In this document: positions 51,100 to 63,517 of the stretch, one piece after another | Layout of the letters: each line of letters opens with the position of its first letter | Numbering within the stretch: position 1 is the first letter of the stretch | Assembly (NCBI GenBank): GCA_002104905.1 | Contig: MCFE01000378.1 | Coordinates: forward strand, 20,295 to 84,294 | DNA from: Basidiobolus meristosporus CBS 931.73 | Lineage: Eukaryota > Fungi > Basidiobolomycota | DNA length: 64,000 nt | Direction of reading: 5' to 3' | The notes under the pieces: generated by a model | What the model was told of the DNA's origin: nothing | What the model saw: the letters and a program-made list of their open reading frames with translations, nothing else | Databases searched by the model: none | Translations under genes and position numbers: made by a program

Positions 51100-52575
51100 A
51101 TTCATGTACCAAGTTGAGTTGTGCATTGTTTTCTAATCTTGATAAGGTATCAGCAACTAAGTTTCTTTTCCCAGGGTGGTAGACAATCTCCAAACCAAAT
51201 TGTTCAACATATTAGACTTGCTCTGTTGGATAGTGCCACATTGAGCCATGAGTGCCAAATGATGCCATAGTGTGCCAGGGAGGCCAAGTGAGCCTACACT
51301 TGGCCACAGAGAGTGCAGCACATTGCTGCATCTTCATGCCAAGCAGCCCATGTGTTTCACTCACTGTGATGGAGAAAATCCATTTTTTGACCTTTTTTTG
51401 TAGGTCAATGTTATAAGGGATGTGTAAGTGCACTAAAGGATTGAAGATATGCATCTGGTACTCAATACCCTTGGCACTCTGAATCTAGCTCCTGTGGCTT
51501 GTAACATATCACAAAAATGCATGGCACTATCTTGGTCCACTGGTACTATCTGGCACTATAAGTGCTTTGTATTGATCTTACTTTAGGGCTAAAAGTCAAA
51601 TATAGTGCTGGATAGTACCAGTGGACCAAGATAGTGCCATGCATTTTTGTGACATGTTACAAGCCACAGGAGCTAGATTCAGAGTGCCAAGGGTATTGAG
51701 TACCAGATGCATATCTTCAATCCTTTAGTGCACTTACACATCCTTTACAACATTGACATACAAAAAAAGGTCAAAAAATGGATTTTCTCCATCACAATGA
51801 GTGAAACACAGGGGCTGCTTTGCATGAAGATGCAGATCTATGATTCATACTCTGTGGCCAAGTATAGGCTCACTTAGCCTTTCTGGCACACTATGGCATC
51901 ATTTGGCACTCATGGCTCAATGTGGCACTATCCAACGGAACAAGTCTATTCACTACATCTTGTCATTCCTCTAGAGAGTACCCTCTGAGTAAACATACAT
52001 TTGGGGGAGGGGTGATCAGTCTTCACAGTGCATTTAACTCCTTTAATACAGCATCTCCATGTCTTAAAGCAGTGTATTATAGCAAGCATCTCCTTCTCAT
52101 GCACTGGATGGTTTTGTTCTGCTGAGTTCACAGTTCTTGGATTCAAAGGCAACTGGGTAGTCCTTTCCTTCATGTTCTTGGCTCAACACCCCTCCAATTG
52201 AATAATCTGAAGCATCTGTGCACAAAGTAAACTCTTTTCTGAAGTCAGGTATTCTTAAGCTTGGCAGCTTAGCAAGTTCATTTGTGAGCATCTGGAAAGC
52301 AGTTTCACAAGCTATGTCCCACTTGTAGGCATTGTCTTTCTTGAGGATATCAGTTAATGGGGTTGCAATACTTGCAAAGGACTTGACAAATCTCCAATAA
52401 CAGGAAACCATTCTAAGGAATGATCTGAGCTCTGAAATGCTATGGGGCTGCTTCAGATTCTTGATAACTTCAGCCTTCTTAGGGTCTAAGGTTACTCCTG
52501 TGCTTGTCACTATGTGTGCCAGATATTCAATGTGTTCCATGATGAATTCACACTTGGGTAGCTTGACATATATGT
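51100..52575 (-). mobile_element. Ty3/gypsy pol fragment (RT C-terminus and RNase H), interrupted by a foldback element
   Basis: YVKLPKCEF..LRSFL..LCTDASDYSIGGVLSQ..YPVHEKEMLAII..VKTDH, and left of the foldback LEIVYHPGKRNLVADTLSRL. Confidence 0.9.
51214..51947. mobile_element. 734-bp foldback element of the AGAC/GTCT family (spacer inverted relative to the 40786 copy)
   Basis: Same length and arms as 40786-41519. TSD ATT at 51211-51213 and 51948-51950. Excision restores gypsy RNase H RCSEYVEQFGLEIVY. Confidence 0.93.
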
Positions 52576-53330
52576 ATATGTCAAATATGACTTCAGTTCC
52601 AAGAAAATAGCTCAATTTTCTGGGATCTTTCATCTCAAGCTTGGTGAAGAGATCTGATTTTGGATGTTTAAGCGCCTGCTGATCAGATGTAGCTATTGTT
52701 ATGTTGTCCACTCAAAGAATTAGGTTGATCACAACCTTGTTGAGCTGTTTCACATATATACTGTGATTTGTAGTGCTACAAATGAATTCATTCTCCTATA
52801 GATATGTGTCAATCTTATTTTACCATGCTGTAGGTGCCTGCTTAGACCCATATAATGGTTTCCTAAGTAAACACATATTGTGAAGACCTTTTCAATTCCT
52901 AAACCTTCTGGTTGCTCCATATGCAAAGCTTCATGCAGATCCCATTCTGAGAGGCTTGTTCACTGTCCATTTGGTCTAGATCTAGTCTGTGTACAGCTGC
53001 CAGGGTAGAACTGTCCTAATGGAGTTAAGCTGGCATTTATTGTGATCTCTCATTCCCAACACAGATTTTTGTCCATTTTCACTGAATATTGAGCAGTTAA
53101 GCTTAGCAAAGACAGATGTTAGTCCCTCAGTAGTTGCTTTCCTGACTGAGAGTAAGTTCTTAGCTATTCCAGGTACATAGAGTACATCAGTCAGTTTTGC
53201 TGTTGTTACCCCTGGAATATCACTGATAGTTGACTGTATAGACCCACTGGAGGTAGCTTCCAGTGCAGAGTTGTTTCCTAGATAAGCCTTTCATTCAGGA
53301 ATAGTCTTTAAGTTTCTAAGCTACTCCTTT
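52575..53330 (-). mobile_element. Internally deleted copia family D fragment (protease and RT pieces)
   Basis: Similar to 60480-60700 and 62240-62640 (DNITIATSDQQAL..FLGTEV). Confidence 0.75.
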
Positions 53331-53699
53331 GTTATTGCATTCTTTGAGTACAGGATTTTATTATTTTTTATCAGCAATATTGCCCCATCTTATGTATTAT
53401 ATATATCCACAATATTGATTACAACTTTATCCAAATGAGCCATGATTGCTGATTTAGAATCCATAGCATCATAAAATATATATTTGCCTACTGTTGAACC
53501 ATCACTAGAGTCACATGCTTGTGATGGGACTATAAGAGTTATTTTTGATATGTATGTCAACAACTCAGAGGTATATCACAAATACAATGGTGGAATTTGG
53601 ATCTGCAAAATATACATTAACAGGTTGCAACACTTCTTCAAGGGCAGTACTCAGAACAATGCATTAAAGACATGAAGCATTTAGATAGCTTTACACAAT

Positions 53700-54140
53700 G
53701 ATCTGTTCATCCTGTTTCTGGAGTATTTCCTGATTTCTCTGGGTCATTCAACTTATCCTATCAGTCACTGGACCTAATTGCCGCATTGATGATTCAGCAT
53801 GAGCTGACAGCATATTTGCTAATACAGGTGTTGGAGAGTTTATGACAGCCACTTGTTGGTCTTCAGCTGGAGGTACTTCATTTGCTACATTCTCATCTTT
53901 CTCAGCAACACGGCCAGCTTGTGGCTCTACAGGAATTCCTGATGGCCAACTTGACATAGAGCCTGAGGAGTCAGCATTATTCCCTTCAGTGGGAGCACTG
54001 CCAACAGGGCCTTTTTTGATTGTAGCCCTGTTTGTGGCACTGATTATCAAAGCAAGCTGTTGTCCAACCATTCTTCTGCTGCTATCAGTGGAGATGTTTG
54101 ATTGGGAACTAGACAACTTTGCTTTGTTTGTTGGCGGCAT
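53700..54140 (-). pseudogene. N-terminal fragment of the unidentified ORF2 family
   Basis: QQVAVINSPTPVLANMLSAHAESSMRQLGPVTDR aligns with QQVTIVTSPLPVLVSMLSAHTEALMWQLGAVADR at ~51050-50980. Confidence 0.55.
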
Positions 54141-54349
54141 ATATATGTAGGTGAGTTAAATCAAAGGGGAAATAGTGTTAGATATAAGTGAGTTTGAGGT
54201 GTAAAAGCTTTATTTCTAATGTTTGTTATGATGGATCATCATTGATCTTACATTCATGTAGGTGTAATGTCTCAAATACAAGACTGTCTTAAACTCACAT
54301 ACATATCAACAGATTAAGTTATATTGCTGAGTGTCAAACCGCTTGCCCT

Positions 54350-54900
54350 GTGGACAAGACTTTTTTGATTCAATGCCATAAAAGAAGAGAAAAAAGACCA
54401 TGTGTCTATTGTAACAAGCCTCTCAGCCATGAAACCTACAGACAGTGTAAGAAGTACTACATGGATCATGGACAGTATTTTGCCACAGAAGTCATGTTAG
54501 AGCATTCATCAGTCATATGTGTGCCAATAATATCTTGCCAGCCCCTTAATACTTCTATCAAGGCACCTAGCAGCACACAGCACCTTATGCCAACTGAGTC
54601 AGGTGAGTTTGTGAGGCCTTTTAGTGCACCTCAGCCTTTCAAAGAATGTGCATACAGGGATAGTTCAGAGGAAGAAGGCTACCTGATGGATTGTGAGCTT
54701 ACCCCTCCTCATAGCAGTACTGCATATTTAGCCTGGCAAAATCCCAATATGTAGCAAGATAACACTTGTAGAAAAATGCCAAGGACACTCTATGGAGCCA
54801 AGTGAGTCCAGTGATCCAGTTACTGATAAATGCTGCAATAATGTAGAAAGAAAAGTGGTGTACTTTTACCAATCACAACAATGGGATCTCTGAGGATTTA
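54350..54900 (+). mobile_element. 5' fragment of a Tnp2-type transposase ORF
   Basis: CVYCNKPLSHETYRQC N-terminus. The segment ACTGAGTCAGGTGAGTTTGTGA..CCTCAGCCTT is shared with the 5' end of the copy at ~57700. Confidence 0.55.
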
Positions 54901-55619
54901 CTGCTATTTCTTGCCCAAATCATTCTGGATGCAACTTACCATCTCTGTGTGCTAACTAATTTGGTTCTGCAGATGGATTTAATCTGGATCAGCTGTCAAA
55001 ATTCTGTCAGGGTACTGCTATTATACCAGTAACTTGGAATTGGTGGCCATCTGCACAATCTTATGATGGGTTCACAACAGTGTATGGCTAGTTTCATGGC
55101 TTTATAATGCTCAAAAATATAACAGCATATGTACAGTGTTTTGCCAAGGGTGGCATGGCATTGATGCAGTCTTAGTATGCTCTGCAATTATTTGAGTGGA
55201 TCTTACCAGCCAGTTCATCCAATTGTCTTATATGGCAAAAAATTGACAGTGTTTTGGAAAGCCCATTGCCAGACACTGATGGTATTACAGCAGCAGTATG
55301 GCAACCTACAGCTAGTTATGTATAATGCTACAATACCTATTTACCAGGTGGTACTTCCTTTCTCTTTATCCCCTGGTACAATACATACATTCCACTGTGA
55401 AATTACCACTCTCGGTTTGTTTAGCCACTACTACTTTGAGTACTCCACGTATAGTTTAAACCAAAAATTTAATGGCCTCCTGCTTACTAACCTCTACATA
55501 TGTGCACATTTGCTGCAATTGAATACATTTATCACCTCAACTTTGGGGCATTTTAGTGTGATACTTGCAAAGTTGCCAAATACCATTTGTTGCTGGTCAC
55601 ATATACATCTTGCAAGCTT

Positions 55620-57760
55620 ATGCTTGGTTGCCACCACTTCTGCCATGAATACACAATGAATATCTGCAGGGAACTTTAAGGTATTCAGCCAATATATTCA
55701 TTCTTCCTGCTGGATTCTGGATCCACTTATAGACTTGCCTTGGTTCATGTTTATGAGAATTCTGTGATGAATGGTGTGGAGATTGGCATGAGACTATGAG
55801 AAATCTGGCATAACATGGTAGAGTTCTCCTAATACAAATTAGTTGCTTGTTGCACCCAACCCAACATTGCATTACTTGACTCATCACCCACATATTAGGG
55901 CTTCTTAGCTTCTTATTGCCATAGGCAAAGGTGTCTGCATGTGCACATCTGTCCTCAGTATTCCATAACTCATCCTGGCTGTCCTCCATGTGCCAATTTA
56001 TCACATCCAAGATGGACTTGAAGGTAATATTCTTGATGAGACTGGGATATGGTAGTACCTGCAACTTGACTTGTCATCCTACCTCACCACACATCAGCTC
56101 CATCATACACTCCCAAAAGGTGAAGCAAGATCCCATATTTTCAACACACCAAGCAAGTTGGAGTAGCAGATGGTTACATTAATGGCAGAAATCTATGCAT
56201 TCAGCTTTATGTTTGTAGTATAGCCACTCAAATCCTATCTGGAACTCTTTGTGTAAAAGCTGTAGATGTGCTAAGTTGGAACCAGTGGCCAGCTTCCATA
56301 TAAATATTCCTACAATTTACACATACTACTCCCAATGCTTCAAATGTACTCTTGGCAGAAATGGCTTCAGAAGGCCACTTAGATAAATACACATCCAGTT
56401 CATCCAGTCTTGGCACTTATATAGTTGCAAATACATAAGACTGCTGATTAGAGCCTGTGAGAAGTACTTAGGGTAGTCTATACTTATAATATCTTGCCAA
56501 TTCTTCCAAATTTATCTGTTATTTCAAAGGGATCAATGTAGCTTGAAATGCACCATGTACAACTTGGTGATCAGTATACGGATATTGTTGAAAGGCAAAT
56601 GCATTGCTTCAAGTGGAAAGCTTTTGCTCCAACAGATACCCTCTATATTAAGTATCTCTGGTTTCCAATTGATTCCATATTCTGGCTTATGGCTCATAGC
56701 TTGCCAACTTTGCTGCAATTGCATGCTGACTTCTGTAAGTTTTCTCTACAGAAAGATGTTACTCTTAGCATTGGTATTTAGGCAATATTGATATGTGTGA
56801 GTTGTGAAGTGTCCCTTGATCTCTCACATTTGCCAGCAATTCCATCCAATGAGCCTAGAAAAGCCAGCAATCTTGCTGATGGCTGGGGTATCTCTAATGC
56901 AGATATTTATATGTGCTATGACATGACAAATGCTTGCTGTTATCCCTCTGGAAAGTATACAGGTTAGACAATGATTTGGAATAAGAATTCAGTGAGACTA
57001 CCATCAAACCTCTGCTCTGCTACCATAGAATAGGATGCAGATTCAGGTTAATGATAATCAGTGGCCAATAGGATTTGCTGGTAGATTCATTATTAATGAG
57101 AATTGGCTGAGTGACAAGGCAAAGGCATAGCTTTATGATTGATACTGAGTGCAGTACTTTATAGCTTCACAATATTTGAGAGAACACATGTGTTTTTTTA
57201 TACAGGGTGGTACCAAAGAATATCTGGAGTATGAACAATGTTGTCCCCAAATGGTGGTGGATTCCAGACAAGTTGGACACCTTGCAGTGGTGACATCTTC
57301 TGATGTGAATCCCATGCAACTGTGAAGACATGCTAGTATTAGGATAGTCTCTGGGTTGTATGTTGCCAGCTGCAAAGTGGTTGCCCATTTATAACTGCAT
57401 CCTGCAATGATTTTTGCAAGAAGTAGAAGTAGATCCTCAAAGCCCTGATTACTGATATTAGTGGAAATGCACCACTACTCTAGCCACAACATCACATCAT
57501 TCACCAGTGGATGGATTACTTGCCTCAATGGACTCAATAAAGTGTCCTTGGAATTTGTTTCAATGGGTGTTGTCTCATTGCATATAGGGATTTGACCGGG
57601 CTCATACGTGGTACTGTTGTTATGGGAGATAGGCTGAAAATCCATCTGTGAACCTTCTTTGTCAGAGCTATCACTCTGGGTGCCATATTCAGAAGGCTGA
57701 GGTGAGCCTAAAGGCGTCACAAACTCACCTGACTCAGTTTGTCCACATATGACTCACAAT
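55620..57760 (-). mobile_element. Degraded Tnp2/CACTA-type transposase copy
   Basis: ARCPTCLESTTI, QQSWQAMSHKPEYGINWKPEIL, LDELDVYLSKWPSEAIS fragments; many stops. Confidence 0.75.
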
Positions 57761-57769
57761 GCTTCCAGT

Positions 57770-59175
57770 GTACTCTTGGTAGTAATAGCTTCAAACTGCC
57801 TCTTGAATGAATATATATCCAGTTCATCCAGTTGTTACATTTGTATTGTTGCATATGCATATGAATATTAGTTGGAGCCCATGAAAAGTACTAAAGTAGC
57901 AGATACTCTGTAATATCTTGCCAATTCTTCCAGATTTCTCCGGTATCTCCAAGGGCTCATTTAGCTTGAAATGCCTCCTTTACAACTTGGTCATCAGTAT
58001 AAGGATATTTTTTAAAAGCAAATGCATTGCTCTGAGTGGAAAGCTTTGCTCTGACAAATACTTCATATCTTAAGTATCTCTGGTTTCCAGTTGATTCCAT
58101 ATTCCAGCCAATGACCTATAGCTTGCCAACTTTGCTGCAATTGCATGCTGACTTCTGTACATTCTCTCTGTGGAAAGATGATGTTCTTGGTGCTGGCGTT
58201 TGAGTAATAATAATGTGTGTGAGTTATGGAGTAAATCCCCAGGATCTCACGCATTTGACAGCAATACTGTCCATTGTGCCCAGAAAAACCTGCTATCTTG
58301 CTGATGGCTGGGATATCTCCAATGGAGATAATAATATGTACTTTTTCATGATGACCATTTAGTGTTATGCTGCCAGAAAGCATACAGAATTCATTCATTG
58401 ATGGATACAGGTAGCTATCCAGGTTGGATGGTGATTTAGGCCCTGATACCAGTGAGACTACCATTGGATTATTGCTCTGATACTGTAAGATGGGTGGCAT
58501 ATTCAGATTGATGAGAAGCAGTAGTCAGCCGGACTTGATGGTGGAGTACTTATTTAATGACAATCCATCATGTGCTAAAGCAAAGGCATGGTCATACATA
58601 CCTGCAAAGTAGTCCTTGCTTCTTAGCTGTTTGTAATGTTTGCCATCAAATATATTGGATATGTTTGTGCTTGATTGATACTGAGTGAGGTGCTATATAG
58701 CTTTTCAATATTTGATCGACTGCATCAGCTTCCTCAGACAAGGTATGACCGGAATATATCTGGAGTGCAAATGATGTTTTCCCTCAATGGTGGTGGATTC
58801 CTGACAATTAGGACATGTTGCAATGGTAGCATTTTTGGATGCAAATGCGATGCAATTGTTGACACATGCTGGAATCCGGACAAACAGTCTCTGGATCATA
58901 TGCTGATGGCTGCATGATGGTTGTCCACTTGCACCATGTACATGGTGAGTTGCATCCTATTATGATTTTGACATGAAGTTGTTATAAATTCTCAAAGCCC
59001 CCTTTACTGTTGTTAGTGGAAATGTGCCACTTCCATAGCCAAAATATTGCATCATTCACCAGTAGATGGATTACTGGGCTCATTTGGCTCCAGAAAGTAT
59101 CCTTGGCATTTGTTTCAGTGGGTGTTGTCTCATTGCATATAGGTATTTGACCAGGCTCATAAGCGGAACTGTTGT
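57770..59175 (-). mobile_element. Degraded Tnp2/CACTA-type transposase copy, interrupted at 59176 by copia D
   Basis: ORF 58063..58500 has VSGPKSPSNLDSYLYP and IGDIPAISKIAGFSGHNGQYCC; ORF 58705..58899 has CVNNCIAF..CPNCQE..RYIPVIP. Confidence 0.8.
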
Positions 59176-62100
59176 TGTTGAAATATTGGACTATTTGGTA
59201 TCCTTCTGCTGCTAAAAATATACTTAACAATCCTGGACTAGTCTTGGTCACTGTGAGACTAACTTACAGCTCTAACTTTGCCACTTTCTTCAGATCTATG
59301 GTCTTATGTTTATTCCCTTATAGTCAGGATCAAATTTGCACTAATACAAACTATTATGTACTAACCCTGAAACTGTTACAGAATGCTCCTGAATATTGTG
59401 AAACCCTCCTCACTTAGTGTTACAGTTGTATTACTTCTACCAAGGTATAAATACTGAGCTTCTTTATTAATAAGCAACAGTTCAACTATTATCACTATTT
59501 CTTGATAAGTTCCTTTTACTCAAATCACTTCTTAAATTGGAACAGGTTATAAGCCCCAATTGCCTTAATCTATTCTAAAGATGACTTCTACCAGCAAACA
59601 GAACAACACAAACACCTTCCCTGTAAAGGAGAGGTTTGATGGAAAGAACTACAGACTTTGGAGAATCAAGATGCAGATCCACCTTGAGGAAAGGAAGTTT
59701 TGGAATATAGTAACAGGAAAAGAAGTTGAGCCCAAAGGAACAGCAGAAGAAGCGGAGAAGTTTCAAGAGAAGGAGAGAAAGGCCTTCAGTGCCAGATGTA
59801 TCAATGTACAAGATTCCTTCATTGGACAAATCCATGCCTCAAATACTGCCAAAGCAGCATGGGAATCCTTAGAAAAGATCTTTAGGGCAACATCAGTATC
59901 AAGCAAGCTGTATTTGAAACAAAAGTTCTTCAACATGAGGAAGAAGCCAGATGATGACATGCTGCAACTCATTATCAACATGGAGACACTTGCAGAAGAA
60001 CTTTGGAGTATTAATGCTGGTGTAGATGATGAAGAAAAGATACTCTATCTGCTTTGCAGCCTACCAGACAAGTATGAGCCACTCATACTTTCTTTTGAAA
60101 GCAGAGAAGACAACTTGACTTTAGACTATGTCAGAGGAAGACTTCTCCATGAAGAGCTCAGATGTAATGATCAAGCAGAGAAAATTGAAGATAATGCTTT
60201 ATTCAGTTCAGATAGGCGCTCAGAAAAGAAGGGAAAACAACAAAACCAAAGAAAACCTGGTTGCTGCAACTATTGTAAAAAGCCAGGACACTGGGCAAGA
60301 GAATGCAAGAAGAAACAAGCCGACAAAACACAGAAACTAGAGAAGACAAACCATATAACTACTGATGAACAGTTATTTGTAACCGTACCAGAGAGTGCAA
60401 GTAACCAAAGTAATAAATGGTATATTGACTCTGGAGCATCACAGCATATATGTGGTATAAAGGAGTGGTTCAGCAACTTAAAAACTATTCCTGTAAGAAG
60501 GGTTTATCCGGGAGATAACTCTGCTCTGGAAGCTACCGCAAGTGGGTCTATACAACTAAATATGAGCAATAGCTCAGGGGCAACTACAGCAAGACTCACT
60601 GACATGCTCTATGTACCTGGAATAGCTAAGAACTTACTCTCAGTCAGTAAAGCAACTGCTCAGGGACTGAAATTTGTTTTTACTAAGATCAGCTGCTCAA
60701 CATTGAGTGAGAATGGACAAAAATTAGCTTTGGGAATCAGAGATCACAATATATACAAGTTACAATGCAAGATCATTGTACCTGAGTATGTCAACATTGC
60801 TGAAACTGATGAAACCAACTGGGAGACACCGCATAGGAGGTTAGGACACATCTGGGAACAGAAAATGAGCCAATTGGTGAAAAATCAGCTTGTTTTGGGC
60901 CTTCAATACTCAATTCCAATCAAATTGAATGTTTGTACGAGATGCTCATATGGCAAACAAGCTAGGCAACATTTCAAGAGCTCAGAAGGCAATGATATCA
61001 CCAGAATACTGGCTATTGCACACTCAGACATATGTGGCCCCATGAAACACTGTCCTTTGGAGCCAAGAGATACTTTATGTTGTTTATTGATGACAAACAA
61101 AGATATACATGGGTGTACTTCATCAAAACAAAAGATGAAGCTTTAGAGATGCTTAAGCACTTCAAGAACATGGCAGAAACACAAACTGGGTGTCAATTGA
61201 AGGTACTGCAAAGTGACAATGGAGGAGAATACTGCTCAACAGAGTTTGGAAAATACTGCTCCACTACCGGTATACTTCAACAGACCAGAGTTCCTCATAC
61301 TCCACAGCAAAATGGAGTAGCAGAATGTGCAAATAGAACAATAGTAGAGATGGGAAGATCTACGCTACATGATAAGGTAATGGACTACAAGTTCTGGGCT
61401 GAATCTATTGCTACCGCAGCATACATCCAGAACAGATGCACAACAACAGCACTACATGATTCAACACCCTTTGAAGCATATATAGGCAAGAAACCAGATC
61501 TCCAGCACCTTAAGATCTTTGGCAGTGATGTTTTTTATCACATCCCTAACAAAAAACGCTCAAAGTTGGAACCAAAGAGTAGGAAAGAAGTCTATCTTGG
61601 GTATTTTGAGGATCCTGAAGGATATAGAGTGTATGATGGCAAAACCCAGAAGCCAATCAAGTGCAGGGACGTTGTATTTGAGGAGAAAGCAGATCAGAAA
61701 GCCACAGAAATCATTGGCCAACTGCCTGATGATGCAATCAACACTAATGAAGAAGATATGTACCAAATCCAGCCAGATACGTAAGATACTACTACCAGTT
61801 CCAGATCAGAACACATTATCCCAGTTAGGAGATTTACCAGAATAAGAAATGCGCCTGGATCCTGGTGGCAGACATCCAATGATCATGAAGAAGCTTATCT
61901 TGCCTTATGTGCCAAACCTCACAATCTGGAACAGGCAATGCAAAGTCTAGATGCTGCTATGTGGCAACAAGCCATGCAGGAGGAGTACTAATCACTGATC
62001 AAGGCAAAAACGTGGGAACTGGTAGATTTACCAAATGGGAGAAAGCCAATAGGATGTAGATGGGCCTACAAGAACAAGATAACCTCAAATGGTGCCGTTG

Positions 62101-63517
62101 ATAAGTACAAGGCTAGATTGGTAGCTAAAGGCTATTCCCAGATCCAGGGACTAGACTTTAAGGAAACATTTGCTCCAGTTGCCAAGTTTAACTCCATTAG
62201 GACAGTTCTAGCCCTGGCAGCTGTACACAGTCTAGATCTACACCAAATGGACGTTAAAACAGCCTTTTTAAATGGGGATTTGCAAGAAACTATATATATG
62301 GAGCAACCAGAATCCAATCCAAAAGTACCCAATAAGGTGTGCAAACTTAGAAAATTGTTGTATGGGCTTAAGCAGGCACCTAGAGCATGGTATAACAAGA
62401 TTGACACATATCTAGAGGAAATTGGGTTCTCTCATAGCACTGCAGATCACAGTATATATGTGAAACAGCTCAAAAAGGGTGTGATCATCCTAATTCTTTA
62501 TGTGCACAACCTAACTATAGCTACAAGTGGCCAAGAGGCTCTTATACAGACAAAATCAGATCACTTCAGCAAATTTGAGATGACAGATCTTTGAAAAATG
62601 AGCTATTTTCTTGGAATTGAGGTCAACTTTGACATACCTGCGCAAAAAATTGTGCTAAATCAGTCTAAGTACATCAGGGACATTTGTAGATGCTTCAGAA
62701 TGGAAAATTGCAAACCTGCAGCTACCCCTATGGACAACAACCTGAAATTAAGCAGATCTCAGCCAATTATAGATGAAAACCGCTCAAATATGGACCAAAA
62801 CTTTCCCTATCAATCAATGATTGGTAGCCTAATGTACTTGATGGTGTCTACATGTCCAGATATTGCGGTGGCAGTTGGATAGTCAGTCAATTCATGCAGA
62901 ATTATGGATCTGATCAAATTGCAGCAGTTAAGCTGATTTTCAGATATCTACAAGGTAGCATAAATATGGTACTGGAATACTCTGGAGCAGCTAATAGGCA
63001 AAAATATGATGGTTATAGTGACTGGGATTGGGGTAGGGATTGATTGACAGATGCTCTGCCACAGGCTATGTATTTCTTTACGCTGGTGCAGCTATTACTT
63101 GGAATTGCAAGAAACAACCAACTGTGGCACTATCTACAACTGAAGCTGAATATATGGCTGCATGTTAAGCTACTAAGGAGGCTCTGTGGCTACAAAAACT
63201 ATTCAAAGACTTAGGTTTTAATTCAGATGAACCAACATGTATTTACAAGGATAATCAAAGTTGTATTTCATTAGCTAGAAATCCTTCTAATCATGCCAGA
63301 ATTTGGCACATTGATAAACAGCATAACTTTGTGATTGAAGCTGTCAAAAATAACTTAGTAAAGTTAGTGTACTGCCCAACTAGCAAAATGGTGGCAGATA
63401 TATTGATAAAACCACTAGCTAGGCCACAATTTGAGAATCTCAGGGAGGAATTAGGATTAAGAAACTATTCAGTTGAGGGGGAGTGTTCAAATATTGGACT
63501 ATTTGGTATCATTCTGC
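59176..63517 (+). mobile_element. Ty1/copia family D retrotransposon, near full length; 3' LTR interrupted after 34 bp
   Basis: 5' LTR 59176-59544 (369 bp), PBS GGTTATAAGCCCC, gag-PR ORF 59581..61146 (CNYCKKPGHWAREC knuckle, WYIDSGAS), IN (LQSDNGGEY), RT ([10 protein letters not shown]), RH, PPT AGTTGAGGGGGAG, 3' LTR starts at 63484. Confidence 0.95.

Larger units (their letters stand above)
42800..51100 (-). pseudogene. Large unidentified repeat-borne ORF (ORF2), split by the copia insertion into 49823-51100 and 42800-43284
   Basis: Removing the copia element and one GTGAA joins ORF 49815..50399 to ORF 43041..43274 in frame (RKQLFS-QELEAQPIEL). Paralogous pieces at 53484-53690 (+; RLQHFFK) and 53700-54140 (-; PVL..MLSAH). 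Confidence 0.6.

Noticed and set aside
40369-51947. Reading the AGAC/GTCT elements as TA-duplicating Tc1/mariner MITEs (TA-GAC..GTC-TA)
   Set aside because: Empty-site reading frames are restored only with a 3-bp TSD, not with a TA duplication.
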